A stretch of DNA of 64,000 nt from contig JBLDXI010000013.1 of assembly GCA_047495785.1 (NCBI GenBank), positions 4,340,001 through 4,404,000 of the forward strand. Reading direction: 5' to 3'. The notes under the pieces were generated by a model. It ran no database searches, had not been told where the DNA came from, and saw only the letters and a program-made list of their open reading frames with translations. Each line of letters starts with the position of its first letter. Position 1 is the stretch's first letter. This DNA is from Lepidodermella squamata (taxonomy: Eukaryota; Animalia; Gastrotricha). A program made the position numbers and the translations under genes. This document shows, piece by piece, positions 24,271 through 36,300 of the stretch.

Positions 24271-24879
24271 TCAACCACTTTTCGTTTTGCCGCCCTTGCC
24301 CTTGCCCTTGCCGCCTTTGGGACGATTCTTCGAGTGGCAGCACTCGTTGACAGTGTTGTGCTTCGAGCAGTCGATATTGATGTTGCAGTTGATCGACGGG
24401 ACATTGCCGCGGATGACAGCGCCATCGTCCGTCAGCTCGACACTGTATTTCGGATTGCGGCACTTGTAAGTGTTGCCGCGAACCAGGCAGCAAACTTGTT
24501 GCGAACAATCGCCGTGGCGCTTGCAGGCTCCGTTCGACGGCTTCGCACCACGAGATTCCCAGCCAGTAGCTTCAGCATCAGCCTCAGCAAGATCGCCTTC
24601 GCCATCGGCTTCCGCGTCCTCGAGAGTTGTGAAGAAAGACCCGTCGCCGCAGAGAGCGCCGCCGACGAACCCTGAGAAATCGTTGTCTTCGTCTGACAAC
24701 AGGTTGGTCAGGATTGGCTTGCCGACGTAGTTCCACAGCTTGCCCCAGATCGAGCGTTCAGTGCTTGAAAACGTTCCGCGTTCGTCGCCAGTGTCGCCGC
24801 GAGCATTTTCCTGGTCTTCTTCCTCCAACGCCGATGAGGTTACGATGCAAAGAGCAAGCAGCAAAATAGTAGCTTTCAT
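24271..24879 (-). CDS. Secreted single-exon precursor: acidic propieces, amphipathic peptide, two C-C-CC Cys modules, Lys/Gly tail (toxin/AMP-like)
   Basis: 202-aa ORF with signal peptide MKATILLLALCIVTSSA. TATA-like CAATAAAA at ~24960-24967 and AATAAA ~70 nt after the stop. Confidence 0.85.
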   Translation of the reverse strand: MKATILLLALCIVTSSALEEEDQENARGDTGDERGTFSSTERSIWGKLWNYVGKPILTNLLSDEDNDFSGFVGGALCGDGSFFTTLEDAEADGEGDLAEADAEATGWESRGAKPSNGACKRHGDCSQQVCCLVRGNTYKCRNPKYSVELTDDGAVIRGNVPSINCNINIDCSKHNTVNECCHSKNRPKGGKGKGKGGKTKSG

Positions 24880-26507
24880 TGTGTGTTTGTAATAAGGTGA
24901 TAGTGAATTGAGTTGTACTGAAAGCTAGTGAGTGTACTAGGGTTTGTTAAATCGTTGGGTTTTATTGACGGCGAAGATAAATGGTGACACAGGTGGCTGG
25001 CGCCAAGAGAAGTCCATCTCGCGTGGTACCATTTTCGTAGCCTGATGCTTTACGTTTATTGCGAGAAGCAGATGGTGGCCTCGAGCTCAGTTTCAAGACC
25101 CGTCAGTAGCCGAATTTCGCGTTTTTATTCGCGATGTTTTTAAAAGTACCTAGGTGAAATTTAGAGGGAAGAAATAATTACACCCTGATCAGAAGAGGTC
25201 AGCTAGAAAATGATTTTGCTCATCTAAAAGATAACAAGACTCTGAATGGCAAGCAGATTTAGCGCATCTCTTCATAATAGGCCATAAATCGGTCTTTCGG
25301 AAGCTTGGATAGCTTCAAGGCACTTTGGTCACCCTAGACCCTGGCAGTTCTTATGACTTTTGCCAATCAAAAATCAAACCAGGCGAGGTGAGTTCGATGA
25401 AACTGGAAACGTGCCATTCCTTTAGATCATACAGTTTCCGTTAGGAATAACCAACATTTAACGAAAGTTCCAACCGGTATCTCAATTTCACTTGTAAGGC
25501 ACTGCCTATAGGCCATAAGGAAGCCAAAGTGACCCCTCGGTATAAAGGTCGCCTGATTTTTCGAGCTCATGTTGCCACTTAATTCTCCAAGTCAAATTTT
25601 CTCGGCTATTTTCTCTGTTCAATTTCAGCACTATTCCATCTATTTTTACGTTGGATATCAACGTCAACATTATCCGCCTTTTTCGTAAAATAAACTCTCA
25701 TAAATTGATGAAAAATAGTGTGTTCTGATCTCATTTTTATTCAGTTTTATCGTTACAATATACATCGGAGGGTAGTGAAGACAACGATGGTTCTATTAGC
25801 CATCAATAACACTAGTGCCTATTATCCGAAACGGCATTCAGTGCTATCGATGCGTTCTTTTATCAAACAAAAGGTTGGCGGTGAATCAAGGTTATACGCA
25901 ACCTCCTGTGCATCGCCCATTGTGAAGCACCTACACTGTACTACACTGGCACCTACACTGGCGATATTCCGCAAGCTCGATTTTGCGATTTTTCACAAAT
26001 CGCAAATTGTTGTGCGAGCAGTGAGGGTTGAACCAGCGACCTTTCGATCAGCATTGGCAAAGCTTTCCTCTTCTACCGCGCACTTGAGGATCTCGGCGGA
26101 AACAACTTCGGTCCCGCCGCGTTGGGCAGCGACGCCGAGTTCGCTGCGAGGACCGTTGATGAAAGCAAACTTCAGCATCGCGTCGAAGCCCGCTTCTGCA
26201 GCGCCCATTTGCCATTTGCCAATCTGCCAACCAATTTTAACCCGTGTCTTGAACTCTTGAAGTCAAAAGACCACCAAATTAACACAACTCAACGATTACT
26301 TTTTGGTGTTTAAAAAAGCCTCATATATTATCATGTAGCATGCTCCAAAACGACGATATCAAAAGATGAATAGATGATCAATAGATGAATGTCGTTGCTT
26401 GGCTTGTCTTTGGTCCTTCAATACCTATTAAACCAATATTGGGTCGATTCTGAGCGAAAAAGAGGAGATTTACTGCACCCTCATCTCCACTGGGAGAGAG
26501 GTATTAA

Positions 26508-28901
26508 ATGCTTACCACTAGCTCAACCAAGAGACATTGCACGATAGGAAAGCTATGCATCGTTATTATACCTTTCGTATCTCTTCTCGAGCTTGTGATA
26601 CTGCTTTTCGGCAACCAACTTCTGGTTCGTCTGTCGGCAAATCAACTCTACTTTCAGAAATTCTCGGCCCTGACGGCTAGGCCATCTACTTTGAAACACA
26701 AATCTGAAACGAAAGTCGATAATTATATTAGGATTACGCTGTCTTATGAGCCGCGACTTCCAATCGCCGATAATTTCACAATGCCCTTAGATCCAGGGAA
26801 GCGTATCGCTTTGATTATTAAGGTCGACGAGTCGTTCGCCGGTGACAGTTCGAAACCTATTTTGCAAGCTCAGCAAATAGTAATATCCCATCCTGGGGTG
26901 TCCTGCGCGTTGTATGTACCATTCGACCGAAGATTTGTCTGGCGAAATGCTTGGCTGGAGGACAACGTCAGAGCTGAAGTTATTTCAGTAGGCAATGATT
27001 TGGAATTAGCACCACGGTGCAAAATCGGCGAAAAGTCGAATGCAATCGGAGATTTTTCTCACGTTATTTCGATTGATTATCCTCAAGGGTATGGCACTCA
27101 CCTGCAAACAGCTATTCTGCAGCTTTCGAGGCCAAGTAATTTGATCAAAGGTTTAGTCGCTTTTGAGGATGAAATCATCGAAGAGGATTGCTTCAATAAT
27201 GCTGACAACATCAGTTTCGACAAATTCTCAAGCTGCTACAAAGGAATTTTGTTGCATAGAGGTTGTTATGGCTCTAAATCTGCTAATCAGAAGAGACCGG
27301 GCCAAGTGCTGCCAGTGGAACCTTTATCAATCGATTCTTTTCCGTCCAGCACGAAGCAAAATTTCAAGTATGCTGCATCGATTGTTGCTGGTTCGGCTGA
27401 TCACTTTCAACTCATGTGCCAAAGTTTAAGCGACTGCGGTTTTACCAGCCAGTGTGTTAATCACTATTTGCGAGAAGTCGAAGAACCAAAGCAAGTAATA
27501 TCATCCAATGACACTTCAGCGCCTTATTACGGCGATCTTTCAGCGACAAACAGGTGCGTTGAAGTCACGCGCGCTCTCGCTGTTTCAAGAAGACGATTCC
27601 AGTTAGCTAAACTCATCGCCATAAAAATACAACAGTCATACTTTCGCAATGTTACTAGATGGCTCCGAGAGGCCAAGAATAATTCTTCGTTTCTGGCTAG
27701 AAAATTTCTTGTTTACACTTGCGAAGATTGGATGGTTTGTGGAGGTAATTCGTAATTTTTTCCTTCTCCCTTATAATATCTGTGGATTATTTACACAGGG
27801 TTAGGCGATCGGTTGCGAGGAGTAGCCTCTCTTTATGTAGCAATAGTTTCTGGCCGAATCTTCCATTTAGATTGGGAAAAGCCGCTCCACGTCGACAAAT
27901 ATTTTGCTATAAATGATGAGTGGTACATCGACCCTGATCTCGGCGTCACGAAGACGATTTACAGCCATCAGCGCTCGCTGAGTAGAGCCCACCGGCATTG
28001 GTGGTGGCCGGTAGATGGATTAAGCGAGACGCTTCTAGCTGAGCTGAAAAATGAGACATTCAACGAGGAGCACGAGCAGCATTGGTCTTACGATATGACT
28101 TGCAACCGACTGACCCCATTGGTGCCAACTTTTCACAACGCAGCTTTTCAACAAGTGCTGAAAGAGATTTTTCCTGAAATTTTGGAATTATCCACAGAAA
28201 AATCGGCCTTTGACATAGACCTATCGATAATCATCTCAGCTGCGTATCAAGCCATGTTATCGAATCCGCAGCCTAAGCTGATTCAACTGATGAAAGAAAT
28301 CGTTCTGAACTCAACTGGAATACCGTCTTGGAGGCAATGGTTGAATGGCAACAATGGGAAATTCGTAAAAATTGGCATGCAAATCAGGATGGAACAATCG
28401 AATTGGCAAGAAGGTGGAAATCGAGTGAAAGATGAGCAAATACAATGCTTCGCAGCTATGGCGACCAATTTGTTGGAAATTTTTCGAAAAACAAGGCCGA
28501 CTCCTGAACTTAAAAACGTGTTCATTTACATCACCTCAGATTCGCCAAACGCAACTGCAATGATTATAGATTTACTGCCGAAATCAAGCGATGGCAAATT
28601 TATTGTTTTCGATACCGACTCTGCCTTTGTATCGCTTAACGTTTCGTTGAAACATCTGGATAGATCTGGGGTCTCGAAAGATCCGGAAATGGCGTGGCTG
28701 GAAATCGCGAGAGTCTACATGGATTGGCTGCTGCTGACTCAGATGGACTTTCTTCTAATAAGCCGTTCAGGTTTCGGTGAGACTGCCTCGCTCTACTCCT
28801 TGGCGCCTACTTGGCGACTGATGCATGGCGAAGTGACCGAAAAGAAAAAATGCCCGTTTGTCGAATTTAGCCGGGCACAAACGGATTTCGAATTTCGCTA
28901 G
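26508..28901 (+). CDS. Type II membrane GT-B fucosyltransferase-like protein (GT11/GT23/GT37-type motifs)
   Basis: Exons 26508-27744 and 27799-28901 (54-nt intron) restore CGGLGDRLRG. Also IGMQIRM, IYITSDS and LISRSGFG, plus an N-terminal TM helix. Confidence 0.8.
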
Positions 28902-29534
28902 TCATATTTGTATGATATAACATGAGAAGAAATCTATATTTGAGTGAAGCACGAAATAAAGATCGAGTAAAACAAATGAAACGAGTGAAATCGAGGCGGA
29001 ACGAGCGAAACGAGTGAAATTTCACGGTAATTTCGCTCTCCATGCAGTAGGGTGTTGTATCAGGACAAATGCTGGAAGCCGGCGACCCAGCGCATACCGC
29101 CGTTTTGTTGTGGCATTGAAACAAGCGAATTCCGGAAGTTTTGCCATGCTCAAGGTTGCTTTTTGTGCGAAATTCATCTTTTGAATCAAATGAATTGCAC
29201 TGTTCTCCTGAAAAGAAATTGAAAGTGTTTCAGGGCGAAAATCACGAATATAAATCAATGTAGTTGCAGCAGCCATTCATGTCACCCGTATTATTCACGT
29301 GCCAACAATCATCCAAGTTGGCAATGCAAACTTGATGAGGATAATCAGTTGCAGCAGTCCATTTTAGCTGAGGAAGAAAAAATTGCAAAACGAGAATTTT
29401 TAATAAAAAATCACGGACAGCATTTTCGTCATCAACTTTTTCTATCGAACCCTATTCCAACGAAAATTTGAGGACTGTTTACCGCAGACTAGATCTATCG
29501 ATTGGTGAAAATTGCTTCATAAACATCCTCATGG

Positions 29535-29912
29535 CATAGAGAATAGAGTTATCAGAGATGAAACTCCTATTGGAAACTTGAAGTTTTAATTCTTTTGCCG
29601 ATTTTCGTAAGAACCCCCAAAAAGTGACCTTCGGGAAAAACGCTATGACGTCAAATCCATTCGTTTCCGTACGGATTCCTTCGAACTGGTTATAGTTAAA
29701 ACCAATCCCCATCGATTAAAATAAAAAAATCGGAATTCCATGATGGGGGATAGTGGGTATAGCGCGTGGAAAAACACCCTTTTTTACGTGTAAACATGTG
29801 TGCTTAAGTTTCAAAAAGATCCGCCATATTGAAATTTTACGAAAATCGGCAAAAGAATTAAAACTTCAAGTTTCCAATAGGAGTTTCATCTCTGGTAACT
29901 CTATTCTCTATG
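29535..29912. mobile_element. hAT-type MITE
   Basis: ~76-bp TIRs beginning CATAGAGAATAGAGTT, with a perfect 8-bp TSD CCTCATGG (29527-29534, 29913-29920). Confidence 0.92.
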
Positions 29913-30333
29913 CCTCATGGTTATGAAGTTATTGAAAAAAATGCGATGCAAGAAAATATTACCCATACCAACTTTATTTGCTGACCTTAGAATTTCAAGG
30001 CCCAGAATTTTGTTGATAGACAAAACAGCGCTTCATTTTCAACAATATGTTTTATTTTACTTGCATGAAAACAAGAAAGCTTTGACGCGCATGAAAAAAT
30101 TGTCTCAGCATTGGAATTGCGCGTCTTGACGTCGCATACCTCAAAATCAAGCAGATTTTATTATTAGCACAAAAATAACAGCAAAATGTGTCTTCATTCA
30201 TTCAAGTTGCGTGATTGACAACGAATTTGTTCACCAATATCATACATTATATGACTTATAGCAATAATACAAAATTATTCTCCATTAATTCAGTCCAGGA
30301 ATAAAATTACGATAAAAAACGCGTTCATTTATT

Positions 30334-33300
30334 TCAAGTCGGATTGCTGTTTGTTGAATTGCTTCGCAATTTCCAGAGTGGATCCAATCCACCCAATGGA
30401 TCATCTTTCGCCTCAGCCTCAACCTTTTCGGCAGAAACCAACCCAGCATCGATGTCGGACTGGCGTTTCAAAAACGCTGCCTTCGAAATTTTCTGCTTCG
30501 CTTTTTTCGACAACTCCCCCGAGTCATCCATCGAAAACAGATTCGGGTCAACTAAGACCGATGCGATAGGCGATGCTGATAAATTGATAGCCGGGGCTGG
30601 TTTCGCCTCATTTTTGTTCCCATTATTGCCGTTAGAATGTGAATTGGCCTCATTTCGGACAGTTTTCGGTTCATTCGTTATAGCAATCGGTTCTGATTTC
30701 GATTTATCGATTTTTTCCGATTTTTCAGCTTTCGACCCCTCCGAGCTACGCCTCGACTCGTCCTTCGCCTTATTCGACGGCGTGAACGTCAACCCAGACA
30801 GCAGATTCTCAATGTCCGAAATAGTCGCAGTCGCGGCTAAAACTTCAGCCGTAACCGAGTTCGATTTCGCTGAATTTGGTTGGTTGGCATTGTTAGCCGT
30901 TCGAATAATCGCCGGGACGTCGGTTATGTGCGACGTCTCCACTACGGCGTCGCCGATGACGTGGTGCAGCGCGGTGGAGAACACGTCGTAGAGGTGGCGA
31001 AGGTGCTGGCGTTCTTGCACGCAGCCGCGGCGTTGAGATCGCAAGCGACGGACGATGCAGAGCAGATCGAAGGGCGACAAACTCGAGGCTGGCATCGGCC
31101 AATCATTGCCTTTCCGAGATGCTTGTTCGATTTCCTAAGAAAATAAAAAATGAAAAATAAAGCAATCAAGTCTTACGGAGTAGAAATCGAAACTAATTTA
31201 CACATTTTATAACCAATCCAGATCAAGAATATAACGAATGGGTGTGCCAAGTACGCACCCCAAATTTAGCGCTAAATTTCCCTCAAATTTCCCTGATTTT
31301 TCGTGTCTTTTAGAGAATCGTTGCGTGGTCAGTATACGAGTTAGGTTAAATCTGCAAAAAACTGCAGACTTTGGAAGTGAACTTTATCGAAGGCTGAAGC
31401 TTGCGGGATGCCATTCTTTGGCCAGTAGGGTGTCTTCACCCTCGAACTGCATGGCTCCAAAAGGAAATCTTGTAAAAGCTCCTCATTTCCCATAAATTAA
31501 AAAACTGCGTCAGAAATTTCTTTGCAAATTTGGGGCACTTTACCATATACTTCAGAATCCAGATTGCAAGTATCGATTTTACAAATCAGTGATTTTTCCT
31601 ATATCAGCCGTTCGGGAAACCAACATCGATAATTTTTTACGTAGCTTAGGGCGCCAGGTAGCTAAAATAAACACTCCTAGTTTCAGGGAGGGCATTAGTA
31701 TCGATCAAACACTAGTATCGATCAAAACGCCGAAATCGCAAAGAATCAAAGATAAATTTAGGGCAAGGACGCTTTTGAAGATTCGACAGCGAATTTGTGC
31801 ATAAATAACTTTTCAGCATTTTCGAGAAAATAACTGCAAAATAATTTAACAATCGAAAATATTCCAAAATTTCTTTAAAAAGAAATATTCAAAAAGAAGA
31901 ATCAAGATTTTGGGTTTATTTTATTATAATTCATTTTAGGGCATATTTTAAAATAAAATTCAGTATTTTTACTTAGAATTAAATATTTAAATTTAGAAAA
32001 AATATGAAAGACCGGTCATACCGATAGCAAGCAGAAAGCGGCCAAAAACACGCCAGTCCAGCCCGAGCCATTCGAACAGTGAAGCAGCACACTGTGACCC
32101 TGTCGATTGCGCTGAAGCGCCCAGGCGTAACGCACCGCATGAACGAACTCAACGACCAAGCGCGAATTCGCCGCAGCCGGGTTCAATTTCAACCCGGGCC
32201 ACAGGCAGAATTGCAGATGCAAAATGACGCGAGTCGCTCGAGGCGGCGTCATACAAGTCACGCTAAGGACTCGTTCGCGCCAAAACAACTGCGAACTGCC
32301 GTCCTTCTGACTTGGATAGTCTTTGACAGTTTTCAGCTGAATTTCAAAATCACCACATCGCAACGGCGTCGATTGGTGTGATGGCCAAAATTGAACCAGG
32401 CTCAGCGTTGAAAATGCGTCCAAATCTAATAGGGTGACCAATGTTTCGCACTGTTCGTTCCAAATCATTCGCCAAAATTTGACCAAAGTATGGCTAGTCG
32501 GGCCCTGGGCTGCGATAAATCTCGGGCAATGAGCCGCGTCCAAGCCCTGAAATTCAACCCGACTAGCGTTGATATAATCGTCTTCCAGCTCGGCGTTCGA
32601 ACTGTTATTCGTAACTCGCGTTGGTGTTCCGATAAAACTTGGTTTCGCTTGGCTGATCAGTTTCACGCGGTTGAAATCATAGGGCAAGCAGTCGTTTGAT
32701 AGATTTTGGTTAACCGGGGCACATTTCGCCACTGAGCATGTCAAACGGGCGCATTCGCGTTCTTGGTGTTCGAGTAGGATTTTCAGGTCTTTGTCGAGTA
32801 GCGTGGGTGATTGGTCGAGGGCGGCGACTATCGAGTCGATTCGCATGGCCTCGGATCGCAAGTGCTGCATTAGCTTCTCATTAGAACGCACTTTGGTCCA
32901 TTTCCACTGAAAAAGCGATAAAAAATAATTAGCAAAATTTTCGTGGTTCCCCGTTCTTATTACACGCACTTAGGCCAGATTCAAACTTTCCAATATATTT
33001 TTGAAATTCGATTATTTAGAAGCAGAAAATCACCAACATTTTTATTTCCACTAGTTTCAATAAAATAACCGAAAAATTTCGAATTACAAATTAAAAAGAA
33101 TACTTAATCTCATGCGCAAATTTTGAAAATTATTATAAAATCTGAAATCAATAAATAACTGGAAATAAAATAGTAACTCTTATTAGGAAATTTTTTCAAG
33201 AATCAAATCGATTACAATATCTAGCTTTTACCTCGCTTTCGAATGACGGCGACGACTTGGACTCGCCATTGCTAGCGCTCGTTTGGCTCGGGGACGGCGC

Positions 33301-36300
33301 CGGGCTGTCTTTCGTCAAATCCTTATAGGGCTGAACCAAAGCCACATTTTTCACGCCATTAGTCGCAACGCCATTCGGCTGTTTTTGGACATCAACCACC
33401 GGGTTTGTGGGAGCCGATTGCTTCTCAGGTTCTTGCTGTTTTTGTTGTTTGACAACAGGCTCAGGGGCTGGGGCGACTAGCTCCTCAGCAACAGGTGGTT
33501 TTGGCTGGTTCGATAACGCGAGAAGTGGCGGAGGCCCGGCGTCTGATGAAATCGGCTCATCCAACAGGTCAAAAGCCGGTTTTGAAGCTGGTTTGACCAC
33601 AGGCTGAGGGGCGAACTGGCCAGCCTGATTGGTGGTATAGCCCATCTGATTTTGACCCTGATTCGGCTGCAATTGCATTCCCGTTGGCAAAATCTGCGGA
33701 TTTTGAGCAGCGATTTGCCCTGGATTGTTGGAATTTGACCAATTATTTGTCGCATAAGATGGCTGGTTTTGAATTGGATTAGGTTTCGCTGGACCTTGAG
33801 GCTGATTTTGGACTGGCAAGTTGGCGAAGTTGTTCGGATTCGGCGCAGTTGTAATCCCGGTCGGAAATTGCTGAGAAACCGGCCCCGAAACCGGTACTGA
33901 ACTAAGCTGTTGAGAATTTACCGAGTGAGCCTGGGTTTGAGGCTGAAATTGGGCTGGATTTGATCCCTGCGGCTGATTTTGGCTCTGTTGATAATTCTGC
34001 CCCGTTTGACTGGTCAAAATTGGCAAGTGCTGATTTGATTGATTCATTAAACCCGGCCCAGTTTGAATACCAGGAGCCATCGATGAGACCGGGTATTGCC
34101 CTGAAGTTGTCACTGGGTTCATTTGCTGGGGATATCCCGACTGAATCTGGTTCTGGGGCTGAAACTGGGCTGAATTCGACCCTTGCGGCTGATTTTGACC
34201 TGGAATAGGGCCCTGCTGGTATGTCACCCCAGTTTGATGTGAAATACCCGGAAATTGGATATTCGATTGGGTAATCAAGCCCGGCACACCCTGACCGCCG
34301 GCTGCCATCGATGAGTTAGGATATTGTTGAGAATTTCCTGTTTGGAGCTGGTTTTGAGACTGATTTGTCGGTAACTGAGTCAAATTAGGTCCTTGAGGTG
34401 CGCCCTGTTGTTGATATACCGGATATCCTTGTTGAACGGGATTTGATATACCACCAAATCCTGAATTTTGGGCTTGAACAGGCTGGCCCGGAGTGGATGG
34501 CCTTGGCATGTTCTGCTGGACAGGCAACGGGCTTGGGCTCTGTCGATAGGCCAAATTTCCAGGTTGATTAGTCATAGGTTGAAAGTTTTGAGGAGCCATC
34601 GCTTGAGTTGGAACAGGCTGTTGGTTCAAATACGACTGGCTTTGGGCTTGATAATTTGTCGTATTATAGCCTTGATTGGCAAACTGGTTTTGGGCCTGAT
34701 TTTGAATATTTGAACCACCCTGGACTTGGCCGAAATTCTGCTGATTTGCGGGTGGAACTGGGCTAGGATTCATTCTAGTTTGATTTTGAAGGTTTATACC
34801 ACCAAATTGTTGGTTTCCAGCTTGCTGGTACTGAATGCCGCCTTGAAGCTGAGAAAATGACTGGTTGGCCGGCGGAACCGAGCTATGATTCATTTGAGCT
34901 TGGTTTTGAACGGTTTGACCTGCAAATTGAGAATTTCCAACTTGCGGATTCTGGAATGCACTGATTTGACCCTGAGGACCTTGTTGCGAATGATTCGGTA
35001 CAAATTGTTGTTCTGCAAACTGTCGGTTTTGCCCAAACTGTCCCATTTGGCTCGATTGACTTGTCGGCGGTGGATTGGCTACGTTTGGCTGATATTGCTG
35101 CGGATTTGGACCAGGCATTGCAAACTGGTTTTGAGCCGAAGGTTGCGAAGTTTGGACAGGTGCCGGTTGACCTCGGTAGCCAGGGTTTTGAGCCTGGTAT
35201 TGACCCTGTTGGTTGGGTTGCCCACCAAAATTGCCAGGGTTCTGCTGACCAGGTTGGTTAAACTGGTTTTGGGTATGACCTTGACCCTGATTACCCATTT
35301 GACCAGGATATTGCTGGAAATTTTGAGCAGGGACCTGAGTCGGAATTTGACCTTGATATTGCTGATTTTGGGTATTCTGAGGGACTGCTTGTTGCGGATA
35401 TTGGTTTTGCCCAACGTTACCAGCCGAACCCGATTGATTCGATACAAATCGATTGAGTTGATCGGGCATAACCTGATTTTGCACACCCTGGTACGCCGCG
35501 GCCGGTGCAACATAAGCATTCGTATCATTAGCCGGCATTTGTTGGGTAGCTCCAGGACCCTGGGCACCCGGTTGGTACTGATGATTCGGGTACTGATGAG
35601 CCCCGGGCTGATTCATGCCCGGAATCGAACTTTGACCCGGTGTCATTTGGGCAGCCTGATAGTAAGGATTCGGGACACCCGGCGCCACATGGGTCCTACT
35701 GACCTGAGGCACTGCCTGGTAACCCTGGGGCGAGTTGATTTGACCCCCTGTAGCCACAAAACTAGCCGGCACTTGGGTCTGCCTCATCGCCCGCCTCTCA
35801 GCTCTAGCGCCACTATTGCCAAACGACTTGGGCTTAAGAAACGGCAGCAAATCTTTCAAAGTCACCCCTTCAGTCGCACTGAAATCACCCAGCTCACCCA
35901 TAGCCCCGATTTCGTCGTCATCAACTTTGATCGGCTCAGTTTTCCGACGATTCACCCGCTCCAACTGCTCGTCTTTCGCCTTTTTCAGCCTATCCAGTTC
36001 TTCCCTAGCCGCTGCTTGCGCCTTTCTAACATCAGCGAGTAGATTTTCGGCTAAATCGTTCAATTTCTTGTAGAAACCAACACCCTTGTTGGCTTTGGTC
36101 ATCAATTCTTCAGTTGTCTGGCGCGAATCCAGCAAAACTTTGATTTGCGACTGTCGCCTTTCGGTCATCATCTGAATCGACGTCCTCAACTCGGCAAAAT
36201 TCGCATTCGCATCAGTTAGCGCTGATAGAATATTAGGCTGAGCCGCTAAATTTTGATGAATTAGATCGACGGTTGGGTCGAATTTCGCAAGTTCTTTCTT

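Noticed and set aside
26014-26055. tRNA-like T-arm (gaaaggtcgctggttcaaccc, minus strand)
   Set aside because: No full cloverleaf or acceptor stem; at most a SINE remnant.
30344-30991. 215-aa plus-strand ORF
   Set aside because: Antisense shadow of the last PTPN23 exon.
34885-36042. 385-aa Leu-rich plus-strand ORF
   Set aside because: Antisense shadow of the Gln-rich PTPN23 exon.
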